From a virus (taxonomy: Duplodnaviria > Caudoviricetes): 64,000 nucleotides of DNA. The translations under genes and the position numbers were made by a program. Shown one piece after another: positions 1 to 10,282 of the stretch. The notes beneath the pieces were generated by a model. The model ran no database searches, was not told the DNA's origin, and was given only the letters and a program-made list of their open reading frames with translations. The number at the start of each line of letters is the position of its first letter. The first letter of the stretch is position 1. The stretch lies in IMG/VR virus record IMGVR_UViG_3300006155_000013, positions 10,535-74,534 of that record. One strand, given 5' to 3'.

Positions 1-421
1 GACCCACCAGTTCTATCCGGACGATATGGTCACCCTCCTGCCGGACGGCGCCCTGGGCAGTACCTGGTACGGCACCACGCCCGAGGAGCGCACTCTGCTG
101 GGCAGCGGCAAGGCGGATGTGGCGATCGTGGACACCGGCATCGCCGTGGCGGTCAGCGTCACCATTGATCCCGTGAACACCAAGACCACAGTCTCCGAGA
201 TCGTGCTGCCCTCCTACGAGCGCATGGACGAGACCTTTGTGATCAAGGTCGCCGGCGACACATCTACTGCCGCCCTGTCCGATGTTCCCAATGAGCAGGA
301 CGATCTCGACAGTATGACGAAGGACGAACTGCTCGCCTACGCCAACGCGCACAACATCAGCGGCGTCAGCGCCTCCATGAACAAGGCGGATATCCTGTCC
401 GCGATCAAGGCCGCGAGCTGA
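1..421 (+). CDS. Major capsid protein C-terminus (5' truncated by window) with fused C-terminal HeH/Rho-N-like helical domain
   Basis: Frame open from base 2 (THQFYPDDMVTLLPDGALGSTWYGTTPEE, capsid-E-like); tail DLDSMTKDELLAYANAHNISGVSASMNKADILSAI. Confidence 0.7.
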   Translation, partial: THQFYPDDMVTLLPDGALGSTWYGTTPEERTLLGSGKADVAIVDTGIAVAVSVTIDPVNTKTTVSEIVLPSYERMDETFVIKVAGDTSTAALSDVPNEQDDLDSMTKDELLAYANAHNISGVSASMNKADILSAIKAAS

Positions 422-438
422 GAAAGGAGGCCCGCCGG

Positions 439-861
439 ATGGCTTACGCTGACTACGATTTTTACCTGAACGAGTACCTCGGGGACGCGATCACCGGGGA
501 GGACTTCCCGCGGCTCTCCCAGCGGGCCTCCGACTACATCAGATCGGCCACCAAGGGCCTCTCCGACAGGGCGGACGGCTTGCAGTTGGAGGCCGTGAAA
601 AAGTGCGCCTGCGCCATTGCGGACATCCTGCTGGACGAGAGCATCATGACGGCAAGCGCGTTCAGCGGGGAGCAGGCGGTCTCCAGCGAGACGGTGGGGG
701 GCTGGTCCAGGAGCTACCGCGCCCCTTCCGTCTCCTCCGCTGAGGTGTCATACCTCGCCGGGCGGAAGCGGGAGGCCCTGCTGCTGTACCTGGGGGAGCT
801 CCCGGCCTTCGCCGGTATTTTCAAAGTGAGGTCGTACCCATGCCCGCACCGAAGAGGCTGA
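439..861 (+). CDS. Head-tail connector/adaptor protein
   Basis: RBS GAAAGGAGG; MAYADYDFY...RASDYI...SETVGGWSRSY motif; position after capsid. Confidence 0.75.
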   Translation: MAYADYDFYLNEYLGDAITGEDFPRLSQRASDYIRSATKGLSDRADGLQLEAVKKCACAIADILLDESIMTASAFSGEQAVSSETVGGWSRSYRAPSVSSAEVSYLAGRKREALLLYLGELPAFAGIFKVRSYPCPHRRG

Positions 862-899
862 GCCGCCCCCGGCGGCTGAACGCGTCCCCAGCGGCGGGG

Positions 900-1376
900 A
901 TGTTCCCCCACACGGTCACGCTTTACAACGTGGCCGTCAGGACCGGCAGGGGGACGGTCAGGAGCACGGTGGAAAGCAGCGTCACCCTCCTGCGGGGCGT
1001 GTTCCTGGACGCCTCCAGGGGGGCGGACCCGGACCGGAACGGCCTGGAGGGCGCGGACGGGGCGGTCCTGTACGTGCCCTCCGGCGTGGAGGCCGTGGAC
1101 GCGGTGACCGGGGAGCCGAAAGCGTACCTGCCGCCGGTGGAGTTCTGGAGCGCGGGAGATAAAAGCGGCTTTTGGACCCTGGCGGCCAGCAGCCGGAGCG
1201 CCCCCGGCAGGGGCTTTACCTTTTTCGTGAAGGGCCTTGCCCCTCCTCCGGAGGGTACGTCTCCGGAGGAGGTGCGGGGGCGGCTGGAGGCGCTGTACGA
1301 CCAGGTGTACCACGTCTCCAGGATCAAAGAGCGGAATTTCGGAGGACTGGCCCACTGGGAGATCGGAGGGGTGTGA
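900..1376 (+). CDS. Head closure / minor capsid protein
   Basis: MFPHTVTLYN start, C-terminal HWEIGGV; synteny. Confidence 0.65.
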   Translation: MFPHTVTLYNVAVRTGRGTVRSTVESSVTLLRGVFLDASRGADPDRNGLEGADGAVLYVPSGVEAVDAVTGEPKAYLPPVEFWSAGDKSGFWTLAASSRSAPGRGFTFFVKGLAPPPEGTSPEEVRGRLEALYDQVYHVSRIKERNFGGLAHWEIGGV

Positions 1377-1377
1377 G

Positions 1378-1800
1378 ATGGCCGGTTTGACATTCAAAGT
1401 GGAAACAAGGGGCTTCGGAGATATCGCCCGGAGGATGGCCCAGGCCGCGCCTGGGGTGAAGCATACCCTCGCGGTCCAGATGGCGAAGGACACGGAGCCG
1501 TATGTCCCCGCGCGGACGAAGTCCTTTGCCGGCCGGACGCAGGTGGACGGCGACACCATCATCTACCCCGGCCCCTATGCCCGGTTCCTCTACAGGGGGA
1601 AGCTGATGATCGACCCCAGGACTGGCAGTCCCTTCGCGACAAAGGGGGCGACCAAGATCGTCACGGGCAGGGACCTGGATATCAGCACGGCGGTCCATAG
1701 CAAGGCCCAGGACCACTGGTTCGAGGCATCCAAGGCCCAGAACATGAGGAAATGGGAGCGCGTAGCAGGGAGGGCAATGCGGCATGAGTTCGGAAGATAG
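1378..1800 (+). CDS. Minor capsid / neck protein
   Basis: YVPARTKSF...IIYPGPYARFLYRG...HWFEASK motif typical of siphovirus minor capsid proteins. Confidence 0.7.
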   Translation: MAGLTFKVETRGFGDIARRMAQAAPGVKHTLAVQMAKDTEPYVPARTKSFAGRTQVDGDTIIYPGPYARFLYRGKLMIDPRTGSPFATKGATKIVTGRDLDISTAVHSKAQDHWFEASKAQNMRKWERVAGRAMRHEFGR

Positions 1801-2260
1801 GACCATTGAATTTGTCTCCGCTTTTGAGGAGGCGGGAATCTCCAGAAACCTTTTGGATTGGCTGAACAAGTGGCTGGAGGCGCAGGCGGACATCCCCTTT
1901 TCCATTGATTTCATTGACTATGAGTTCATGGAGGACGAGACGCCCGGCATGGCGATGTCCCTTGTCCAGAGCGCCTATATCGTAGAGCGGTTCATCAACG
2001 GGGCATACACAGCGGACTATCAGTTCAAGATCATCTACAGGACGGCTCCGGATACCCCGGAGGCCCGGCTGAGCGCGGACGAGCTCCTGGACGGGCTCGC
2101 ACAGTGGGCCGCGGGGCAGAAGCCGGATATCGGCGACGGTCTGGAGGTCCAGGAGATCGAGCAGGTCACTCCCGCCGCCCTCTTCGCCCGGATGGCGGGG
2201 GGCTGGGAGGACCATCAAATATTCATGCGGATGACCTATCAGGTCCATCCCGGAAAGTGA
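1784..2260 (+). CDS. Tail terminator-like (minor capsid) protein
   Basis: Synteny before tube; YQFKIIYR and HQIFMRMTY motifs. Confidence 0.6.
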   Translation: MSSEDRTIEFVSAFEEAGISRNLLDWLNKWLEAQADIPFSIDFIDYEFMEDETPGMAMSLVQSAYIVERFINGAYTADYQFKIIYRTAPDTPEARLSADELLDGLAQWAAGQKPDIGDGLEVQEIEQVTPAALFARMAGGWEDHQIFMRMTYQVHPGK

Positions 2261-2267
2261 GGAAACT

Positions 2268-2780
2268 ATGGCAGAAAAAAGAAGCGCGTTCCTTCTCTTC
2301 ATCAACACGGCGAAGGGGACCGGCGCGGGAACCTACGCCCTGGTCGGCGACGGCGTCACGGAGCTGACGATCTCCTACAACCCTCAGACCAGCACAGAGC
2401 AGTACATCCACCAGGACACGGCCACCACGGAAATGACCGGCTACCAGCCCAATGCCCCTGTTACCTCCCAGGTGGTCAAGGGGGACCAGGCCTTTGAATT
2501 CATCAACGATATGCGCAGGCGTCTCCCCATTGGCAGCGACGCCCATACGGATATCGTTATGGTGGATGTCTTCGAGACCGCATCCTCCGGCAGCTACCCT
2601 GCTACGAGGCAGCCGGTCTCCATCCAGATCGACAGCTACGGCGGCGCGGCCTCTGACCCGCTCTCCATCGGCTACACCATCAACTGGCGCGGAGCGGGGG
2701 AAGATGGGACTTTCAATCCTGAGACAAGGGTCTTCACCAAAGGTGCATCGGCAGCAGCCAACATGGAAGAGGAGGAATAA
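2268..2780 (+). CDS. Major tail tube protein
   Basis: ISYNPQTSTEQYIHQD...GYQP...IGYTINWRG; position before chaperones and TMP. Confidence 0.75.
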   Translation: MAEKRSAFLLFINTAKGTGAGTYALVGDGVTELTISYNPQTSTEQYIHQDTATTEMTGYQPNAPVTSQVVKGDQAFEFINDMRRRLPIGSDAHTDIVMVDVFETASSGSYPATRQPVSIQIDSYGGAASDPLSIGYTINWRGAGEDGTFNPETRVFTKGASAAANMEEEE

Positions 2781-2783
2781 GAG

Positions 2784-3221
2784 ATGGCAGGCATTCGCGT
2801 AAACACCGGGGTGAAGCGCATCGAAGTCAATGACGATGGCGATTACATCACCCTGAGCCTGAGCGACAACGACTTTCTCAACCGGTTTTTCGCCCTGTAT
2901 GAAAATTCACAGAAGATGGCGAATGAGTTCTCTTCCAGCGAGGCGCAGATCAGGGAGAAATACCAAGGGGACGCAGAAACCAGCGCGGCTTGCTTGCGGG
3001 AAGTGCTCTCCATCTATACGGAGGCCGGAAAGAACATGATGTCTGAGGTTGACAATCTCTTTGGCGCGGGCACCTGCCAAAAGGTGTTCGGAGACATCAC
3101 GCCCAGTTTTGAGCTTTACTATGATTTCTTCGAGCAGCTCACCCCGTACTTGCAGGAGTTTGCGAAGGAGAAGACCCAGCGCATGAGCAAGTACAGCGCC
3201 GCCCGCACCGGCAATGTATAA
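2784..3221 (+). CDS. Tail assembly chaperone
   Basis: Between tube and TMP; VDNLFGAGTCQKVFG motif. Confidence 0.7.
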   Translation: MAGIRVNTGVKRIEVNDDGDYITLSLSDNDFLNRFFALYENSQKMANEFSSSEAQIREKYQGDAETSAACLREVLSIYTEAGKNMMSEVDNLFGAGTCQKVFGDITPSFELYYDFFEQLTPYLQEFAKEKTQRMSKYSAARTGNV

Positions 3222-3771
3222 CGCCATGCTGGACCGCCTGCCGGAGGACTACTGCGGCTGGCTCATCCGCACGGACTACCGGATCGGGGTGCAGATTCAA
3301 CTCTGCATCTCCGACCCGGAGCTCAGCGACAGCGAGAAGACCGGCACGGCGCTGTCCCTCCTGTACGGCAACGGCATCCCCGATCTCCAGACCGCTCTGG
3401 AGGGCCTTTCCTGGTTCATGTCCTGCGGAAACGCCCCTGCCGCGTCCGGGGGAGACGATGAGCCGGAGGTGTTTTCCTTTGAATACGATTCTGCCCGCAT
3501 CGTCTCCGCGTTTCGGAAGGTGTTCGGCATCGATATCAGCCGGTCAAAGCTCCACTGGTTCGAGTTTATGCCCATGCTGGGGGATTTGACGGATACGGCG
3601 TTTACAAACATCATCAACATTCGGACCACTTCGGCCTCTGAGGTTTCTTCACAAAAGCGGGCGGAATTTATGCGCATGAAAAAGCGCTTTGCGCTCCCGA
3701 ACCAGTACACCCAGGAGGAGCTGGAGACCATCAACGGCATCCTGGAGAAGGTGCGCGGTCCGGCTACATGA
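3214..3771 (+). CDS. Gp15-family tail chaperone-like protein
   Basis: IRTDYR...FSFEYDSARIVSAF...LHWFEF motifs; directly before TMP. Confidence 0.75.
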   Translation: MYNAMLDRLPEDYCGWLIRTDYRIGVQIQLCISDPELSDSEKTGTALSLLYGNGIPDLQTALEGLSWFMSCGNAPAASGGDDEPEVFSFEYDSARIVSAFRKVFGIDISRSKLHWFEFMPMLGDLTDTAFTNIINIRTTSASEVSSQKRAEFMRMKKRFALPNQYTQEELETINGILEKVRGPAT

Positions 3772-3796
3772 CCACCGGAGGAGGTGAAATCATCCA

Positions 3797-6700
3797 ATGT
3801 TCGGATATGACGGTTCTGTCCGTATCAAGGCTGACCTGAACCACTCCGATTTCGACCGGGGCATTGCCCACATGACCAAATCGGTCAACAACTTTGGCGG
3901 GACCCTGAAAAAGGTTGCCGGTATCATCGGCACAGTGTTCGGCGTGGCGGCTCTGGTAAACTTTGGCAAGCAGGCTGTCAAGCTTGCCTCCGATATCCAG
4001 GAGGTCCAGAACGTCATTGATGTGACGTTCGGGAGCGGGGCGGCCAAAATCGAAGAATTTGCCCAGTCCGCCGCTGAGGCGTTCGGTCTGTCGGAGCTGT
4101 CCGCAAAGCAGTACGCCGGAACAATGGGGGCGATGCTCAAATCCTCCGGACTTGCCACCAGCGCGGCGCAGGATATGTCCATCGCGCTGTCCGGCTTGGC
4201 GGGGGACCTGGCATCGTTCTACAACCTGAACACCGATGAGGCGTTTGAGAAGATACGCTCCGGCATCAGCGGCGAGACGGAACCTCTGAAACAGCTCGGC
4301 ATCAACATGAGCGTGGCGAACCTGGAAGCCTACGCGCTCTCGAAGGGCATCACGAAGAGCTATAAGTCCATGTCCCAGGCGGAACAGGTGCTCCTTCGCT
4401 ACAACTATCTGCTGAGCGTGACCACGGACGCCCAGGGGGATTTCGCCCGGACCTCCGGGAGCTTTGCCAACCAGATCCGTATCCTCCAACTCAATTTTGA
4501 CCAACTGAAGATTGCCGTGGGCAACGCGCTGATCCCAATTGCTCAGGCGGTCTTGCCGGGGATCAATGCCATTATCGCGGCGCTCACAAAACTCGCCAGG
4601 GTTTTCGCAAAAGTGACCAACCTTCTGTTTGGCAGGAATACAGAGGGCAAAACGGAGACCGGCGTCGCTTCGTCCGCGAGTTCTGCCGCAACAGCAACGG
4701 ACAAACTGACGGAATCCACGGAGAACGCCGGGAGCGCGGCAAAAAAGGCGGCAAAGGACATGAAGGGCGTCCAGGCCGGATTTGACGAGCTCAATATCCT
4801 TGCAGGGAAAGCGGCCTCCAGCCTGGGAGACGCCGCAGGAGGGCTGGACCTCAGCAACACAGATGTGGAGCTTCCCGATGTGGACACAGAGGGAGAGATA
4901 TTCAGTGATGTGGAGATCTCCCCGAAGCTCAAGGAGGACATAGAAGCCCTGCGGGACGCCCTGGACCGTATCTGGGACGTGTTCAAAAAATCCTGGGAGC
5001 TCAATGGGCCGGAGGTCATAGACGCCGCCAAAAGGGCTTTAGAATCCATCTATGAACTGCTCAAGGCCATTGGACGGGCCTTTACGGAGGCGTGGACCGG
5101 CGGCGCGGGGCTGGAGTTCTTAAATGCAGTCTGGGATTTCCTGGAGATGATCCTGAACGTTATCGCAGATATCGCGGACGCCTGGAAGACGGCATTTGAC
5201 AACGTCGGGACGGAATTTTTTGAATCGATCCTCTTCATGTTCACGGAGATCCTGAAACTGCTGACCAGCATCGGGGAGGCGTTCCGGGAGGCGTGGAACG
5301 ACGGTTCCGGCGTGGAAATCTGTGAGACCATCCTCAAGATTTTCACCAACATCTATAACACCATCGGGACCATCGCCATGAAGCTCCGGGAGGCATGGGA
5401 GGCAAACGGGAACGGCGTCGCCATCTGGAACGCGATCCTGGACATCGTGCAGACAGTCCTCAGCTTCATAGAACGGCTTACGGCGTCAACGCTGGAGTGG
5501 GCGAAGGGGCTCAATTTCGAGCCGCTTATGGCTGCGTTCCGGGGCCTGCTGGAGGCTATCGAGCCCCTTGTGGCCGTGATAACAGACGGATTGGCATATG
5601 CCTATGAAAATGTGCTCCTGCCGTTCGGAAAATGGTTCTTGGAGGAGCTTGCCCCTGTTGGGATAGAATTGGTCACTGCGGCTATCGAAGCACTTACCGC
5701 AGTCCTGGAGGCAATCAAGCCCCTTGCAGAATGGCTGTGGGAGAACTTTTTACAGCCGATTTCAGAGTGGACCGGCGGTGTGATTGTCACTGTTCTGGAG
5801 GCCATCGCTGACGGCTTGCACGACATTGCATCCGTCATCAACGGGGAGCTCTCTCTTACCGATTTTATTGCGCAGCTCACACCGCTGCAGACCCTTCTTC
5901 TGGGGATCGCTTCCGCTCTGGTCGCGGTCAAGGTGGCAGCCGCCGGTATGGCTCTGGTGGAAACGATCAGAAAAATTGTTGAATATCTGACGAAATTGGA
6001 CCTTCTTGATGCTCCGGGGATCATCGGGAAATTGGCACAGGTCTTCACGATTGCAAGCTCCTCAGCCTATACCTTTTCGGATGCAATGCAAATGGTGTTT
6101 GGACCTGGTTCTATCCTCGCAGGCATTGGCGCACTCGTTGGCGGCGCTGTAACAGCAATCACCAATTTTATTTCCATGCTGAAAAACGGATTCAGTTGGG
6201 CAAATGAAGCGCTCATGCTTCTTGGCATTGCGATTTCCGCAGTTGGCGCAATTATCCTGGGCGCTCCCGCTCTTGTCGCAGGCGTGATTGCAGGAATTGT
6301 TGCGGCTGTAGCGACTATGGTCGTTGTGCTCAAAGATAATTGGGAGGAGGTCAAAAAGGCCGGAGCAGAGGCGTGGGAGAAAATCAAGGAGGCATGGAAC
6401 GCGGCGGGAGAGTGGTTCAGTAAGAATGTGGCAGAGCCCATCGCGAAATTCTTCAAGGACGCATGGGAAAATGTCAAGCAATTTGCCGCAGATGCCTGGG
6501 AAGCTGTCCAAGATGCTTGGGATTCTGCAAGCGAGTGGTTCAACACCAACGTCGTTGAGCCCGTAGCCGAATTTTTCTCCGGCCTCTGGGAGGACGTCCA
6601 GCAGTTGGCCTCCGACGCCTGGGACGGCATTGTCTCCGTCTGGGAGACGGTTTCCGGGTGGTTCGATGAAAACATCATCCAACCCGTGGCGGAGTTTTTC

Positions 6701-7309
6701 GGCGACCTGTGGGACGGCATCAAGGAAGGGGCAAGCGAACTTTGGGACAACGTGGTCTCCATCTGGGAGAAAGCCGGAGACTGGTTCAAAACCAATGTGG
6801 CGGACCCCATCGGCGCGGCCTTTGAGGCTGTCGGAGAATTCATCAAGGGTGTTTTCAACGGCATCATCGGCACGGTCGAGGGCATGATAAACGGCGTGAT
6901 CAAGGGCATCAACTGGCTCATTGAACAGCTCAACAAGATCAAGATCGACATCCCGGAGGGCGTACCGCTGGTTGGCGGGACGAAATTCGGCATCAACATC
7001 CAGAAGGTGTCCGACGTGAAGCTCCCCCGCCTCGCCAACGGCGCGGTGATCCCGCCAAACCAGCAGTTTGCGGCGGTCCTGGGCGACCAGCGCAGCGGCA
7101 TGAACTTTGAAGCGCCGGCGGGCCTTGTCCGGCAGATGGTCACAGAGGGGATTCAGGCGGCAATGGCCCAGGGCGGCGGCTTTGGGCGCGGCGGCAACAT
7201 GACCGTTGTCCTGGAAGTGGACAAGCGGGAGTGGGGCCGGGCAACGGTCAAATTCGGCGGCGCTGAATATCAGCGCATCGGAACAAAACTGGTGGAGGCA
7301 CGCACATGA
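3797..7309 (+). CDS. Tape measure protein
   Basis: 1170 aa, helical, Trp/Phe-periodic repeats, hydrophobic segments, C-terminal LPRLANGAVI motif. Confidence 0.92.
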   Translation: MFGYDGSVRIKADLNHSDFDRGIAHMTKSVNNFGGTLKKVAGIIGTVFGVAALVNFGKQAVKLASDIQEVQNVIDVTFGSGAAKIEEFAQSAAEAFGLSELSAKQYAGTMGAMLKSSGLATSAAQDMSIALSGLAGDLASFYNLNTDEAFEKIRSGISGETEPLKQLGINMSVANLEAYALSKGITKSYKSMSQAEQVLLRYNYLLSVTTDAQGDFARTSGSFANQIRILQLNFDQLKIAVGNALIPIAQAVLPGINAIIAALTKLARVFAKVTNLLFGRNTEGKTETGVASSASSAATATDKLTESTENAGSAAKKAAKDMKGVQAGFDELNILAGKAASSLGDAAGGLDLSNTDVELPDVDTEGEIFSDVEISPKLKEDIEALRDALDRIWDVFKKSWELNGPEVIDAAKRALESIYELLKAIGRAFTEAWTGGAGLEFLNAVWDFLEMILNVIADIADAWKTAFDNVGTEFFESILFMFTEILKLLTSIGEAFREAWNDGSGVEICETILKIFTNIYNTIGTIAMKLREAWEANGNGVAIWNAILDIVQTVLSFIERLTASTLEWAKGLNFEPLMAAFRGLLEAIEPLVAVITDGLAYAYENVLLPFGKWFLEELAPVGIELVTAAIEALTAVLEAIKPLAEWLWENFLQPISEWTGGVIVTVLEAIADGLHDIASVINGELSLTDFIAQLTPLQTLLLGIASALVAVKVAAAGMALVETIRKIVEYLTKLDLLDAPGIIGKLAQVFTIASSSAYTFSDAMQMVFGPGSILAGIGALVGGAVTAITNFISMLKNGFSWANEALMLLGIAISAVGAIILGAPALVAGVIAGIVAAVATMVVVLKDNWEEVKKAGAEAWEKIKEAWNAAGEWFSKNVAEPIAKFFKDAWENVKQFAADAWEAVQDAWDSASEWFNTNVVEPVAEFFSGLWEDVQQLASDAWDGIVSVWETVSGWFDENIIQPVAEFFGDLWDGIKEGASELWDNVVSIWEKAGDWFKTNVADPIGAAFEAVGEFIKGVFNGIIGTVEGMINGVIKGINWLIEQLNKIKIDIPEGVPLVGGTKFGINIQKVSDVKLPRLANGAVIPPNQQFAAVLGDQRSGMNFEAPAGLVRQMVTEGIQAAMAQGGGFGRGGNMTVVLEVDKREWGRATVKFGGAEYQRIGTKLVEART

Positions 7310-7707
7310 GCACAAGTGTATTTGCCGTAGACGGCGTGGAATATCCCGGTGTGTTTGTAAAATCCCCCCTCCGCAGGTCCTTCAACGTCCTGGACGGAGA
7401 GAACGCGGGCCGGACGATGGACGGCAAAATGCAGAGGGATATCATCGGTACATATTACACGTACCACATGGACCTCGATATGAGCAACAGCGACCCGGAC
7501 GAATATGACGCCCTGTTTGAAGCGCTGTCCGCTCCCGTGGACAGCCACCAGATTACCGTGCCCTACGGACAGTCTTCGATCACCTACGAGGCATATGTGG
7601 CGAACGGGGAGGATGAGCTGGAGCGCATTCACCGGGACGGCTCCAGAAAGTGGAACAACCTGTCCATCAACTTCGTGGCGATGGACCCCAATAGGAGGGC
7701 GTCATGA
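7306..7707 (+). CDS. Distal tail (Dit)-like protein
   Basis: DGENAGRTMDGKMQRDIIG motif; follows TMP. Confidence 0.65.
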   Translation: MSTSVFAVDGVEYPGVFVKSPLRRSFNVLDGENAGRTMDGKMQRDIIGTYYTYHMDLDMSNSDPDEYDALFEALSAPVDSHQITVPYGQSSITYEAYVANGEDELERIHRDGSRKWNNLSINFVAMDPNRRAS

Positions 7708-9233
7708 GTGTCCGCATCATCTACCAGGACATCGCCACGGGCGCGGACGAGGATGCGGCGGTCACCACCCCGGACGCCTCCGGGTTTTCGGACGTGTCGC
7801 TCCTGCCCTTCGGCGGGGGCGGGGCCCCGATAGCCGTCCTGGAGCCCTTCAGTTGGCTCCTGGACGGCACCCGGGAGGTGCTGGAGGACCAGCCCATACC
7901 CTTCTGGTCCACGGCCCAGAGCGACATCAACGGCGTATTCGAGGCCCCGCCGGAGATCACCTTCGAGTTTGATGAGCGCTACACCGCGCCGGGGCTGTTC
8001 CTGACCTTCGCGCCGGAGGTTGGGGAGTACTGCCGGAGCGTGACGGCCTCCTGGTACCGGGGGATCACCCTCTTGGCTACGGCGGAGTTTGAGCCGGACG
8101 GTCCGGAGTACTTCTGCCCCACGACCGTGGAATCCTTCGACAAGGTGGTCCTGCGGCTGAACGCCACCAACTACCCCTACCGCTATGCCAAGCTCCGGCA
8201 TGTGGCGTTCGGCGTGTCCAGACAGTTCCTGAGAGACGAACTGAGGGACGTGCGCGTGGTGGAGGAGGTCAGCATCCTCTCTTCGGAGGTGTCAGTGAAC
8301 ACCCTGGACTTCACCCTGGACAGCAAGTCCGACGTGGAGTATATGTTCCAGTTCAAGCAGCCGGTGTCTGCCTTCAACGGGGAGCAGCTAATCGGCGTCT
8401 TCTACATCAGCGATTCCACCCACCGGGCCCGGGGGCTCTACGACGTGTCCTGCATCGACGCCATAGGCGTCCTGGATGAGGACCCATTCCCGGCGGGGAT
8501 GTACAGCGAGTACCCGGCGGGGGCGCTGCTGGAGGAGATCATCGGCGGGCACTTCGAGCTGGAGCTGGACCCGGTCCTCGCCAATATGCCCATCACCGGG
8601 TATATGCCCCCCTGCACCCGGCGGGAGGCCATGCAGCAGGTGGCCTTTGCCCTGCGGGCGATGGTGGACACCAGCGGCACGGAGAAGATACGCTTCTACC
8701 GGGACCGGCAGGACCTGCCCCGGCGCATCCCGGCGGGACGGGTGTACAGCGGCGGCACCGTGGACACCTCCGCCATTGTGACGGCGGTGCAGGTGACCTC
8801 CCACAGCTACAGCACCTCCGGCGAGGGGAGCGACACCGTGGAGGTGGACGGCGTGACGTACTACCACACCACGTCCGTTGTGACCATCAACAACCCCAAC
8901 GTCACGGCCAACGACAAGCAGAACGTGGTGGAGGTCAAGGATGCCACGCTGGTCAGCCCCATGAACGCCCCGGCTGTGGCCCAGCACCTCTACGACTATT
9001 ACACCAAGCGGCAGACCCAGTGGGTACGGATCGTGATGGACGGGGAGAAGCCCGGGGACCATGTGGCCGCCCCCACGCCGTGGGGCACCACCGTGGACGG
9101 GTATATCACCTCCATGAGCATCGTCCTGAGCGGCATCGCGGCGGCGGACTGCGAGATCGTGGGCGTGGACGTTCGGCGCGTGGGGGAGACCGAGGGCATC
9201 GTCAGCGGTGAATTTGACTGCGGGGAGGTATAG
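7704..9233 (+). CDS. Tail hub/baseplate (Tal-like) protein
   Basis: 509 aa, follows Dit-like gene, GC3-rich codon use. Confidence 0.6.
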   Translation: MSVRIIYQDIATGADEDAAVTTPDASGFSDVSLLPFGGGGAPIAVLEPFSWLLDGTREVLEDQPIPFWSTAQSDINGVFEAPPEITFEFDERYTAPGLFLTFAPEVGEYCRSVTASWYRGITLLATAEFEPDGPEYFCPTTVESFDKVVLRLNATNYPYRYAKLRHVAFGVSRQFLRDELRDVRVVEEVSILSSEVSVNTLDFTLDSKSDVEYMFQFKQPVSAFNGEQLIGVFYISDSTHRARGLYDVSCIDAIGVLDEDPFPAGMYSEYPAGALLEEIIGGHFELELDPVLANMPITGYMPPCTRREAMQQVAFALRAMVDTSGTEKIRFYRDRQDLPRRIPAGRVYSGGTVDTSAIVTAVQVTSHSYSTSGEGSDTVEVDGVTYYHTTSVVTINNPNVTANDKQNVVEVKDATLVSPMNAPAVAQHLYDYYTKRQTQWVRIVMDGEKPGDHVAAPTPWGTTVDGYITSMSIVLSGIAAADCEIVGVDVRRVGETEGIVSGEFDCGEV

Positions 9234-9236
9234 CAG

Positions 9237-9776
9237 ATGCAGAGCTTCAGGGACTTTCTCATAACGGATAGGACGGCGGCGGACGTGGAGCGGGTAAAGG
9301 CCCTTGCGGCCCTCTTTGACCGCTACACCGGGCGCTTCCAGGGCACTCCGGCACAGTACCAGGAGCTCATGGACGGGCCCAAAGGGGCCTATACCTGGGT
9401 GGACCTGAACCGTGTGACCAGGGGATACGCCTATGTGGCGGCGCGCCTCGCGGCGGACGGGTACCGGCTGGAGCCGGAGATTTGCCCGGCGTACCTGGTA
9501 GCCGTGGGCACCGCCCCGGCGGGGGCGGACTTCTCCGGCGGCGGCATCTTCTACCAGGGCGAGACGGCCACGGTGCGGGCCATCAACGACGCATACAACG
9601 AATTCGACGAATGGCAGGAGGACGGCAGGACTGTCAGCCGGGATATCGAATACAGCTTCACGGTGGACCGGGACCGGCGGCTCCTGGCGGTGTTTGAACC
9701 GCTGGACGACGGGAAACTGGGCGTCGTAGGCCGGGGCCTCATCGGAAGCGCGAGGATCGGAAGGAGGGGCGCGTAA
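9237..9776 (+). CDS. Tail protein N-half fused to a divergent InlB B-repeat-like domain
   Basis: LITDRTAADV...KGAYTWVDLNRV then SGGGIFYQGETATVRA...FDEWQE...YSFTVDRDRRLLAVF. Confidence 0.6.
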   Translation: MQSFRDFLITDRTAADVERVKALAALFDRYTGRFQGTPAQYQELMDGPKGAYTWVDLNRVTRGYAYVAARLAADGYRLEPEICPAYLVAVGTAPAGADFSGGGIFYQGETATVRAINDAYNEFDEWQEDGRTVSRDIEYSFTVDRDRRLLAVFEPLDDGKLGVVGRGLIGSARIGRRGA

Positions 9777-10279
9777 TGGCCTACACACCGACAGAATGGA
9801 AGGACGGCGACCTGATCTCCGCCGCCCGGATGAACAAGCTGGAGCAGGGCGTGGCAAATGAACAGGTGGGGCCTCCGGGGCCCCAGGGGGAGCAGGGCAT
9901 CCAGGGTATCCAGGGGCCGATCGGGCCCCGTGGCGCGCAGGGGGAGCCGGGGGAGACCGGGGCGACAGGTCCTGCGGGGCCTGCCGGTCCGGGGGTGCCC
10001 GCGAGAGGCGCGGCGGGTCAGGTGCTTGCCAAGAAGAGCGGCACGGACTACGACACGGAGTGGATCGATCCGCCGGAGGGCGGGGGCGCGTTTACTGAGA
10101 CCGACCCTACCGTGCCGGACTGGGCGAAACAGCCCAATAAGCCGACGTATACCGCGCAGGAGGTGGGGGCGATACCATCGGGTGCCGTGACCGCTATCCA
10201 GGTGATGACAGAGGCCGAGTATGCCGCTCTCCCCGGTACCGCTAAATCCCCCTCCACCCTGTACCTCATAAAGGAGTAG
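9776..10279 (+). CDS. Collagen-like fibre adaptor
   Basis: Gly-X-Y run (GPPGPQGEQGIQGIQGPIG...); C-terminal MTEAEYAAL...TLYLIKE. Confidence 0.75.
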   Translation: MAYTPTEWKDGDLISAARMNKLEQGVANEQVGPPGPQGEQGIQGIQGPIGPRGAQGEPGETGATGPAGPAGPGVPARGAAGQVLAKKSGTDYDTEWIDPPEGGGAFTETDPTVPDWAKQPNKPTYTAQEVGAIPSGAVTAIQVMTEAEYAALPGTAKSPSTLYLIKE

Positions 10280-10282
10280 GCC

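Noticed and set aside
6300-6900. Periodic Trp/Phe repeats in the 3797-7309 ORF as a novel repeat element
   Set aside because: These are the normal 11/22-residue repeats of tape measure proteins.
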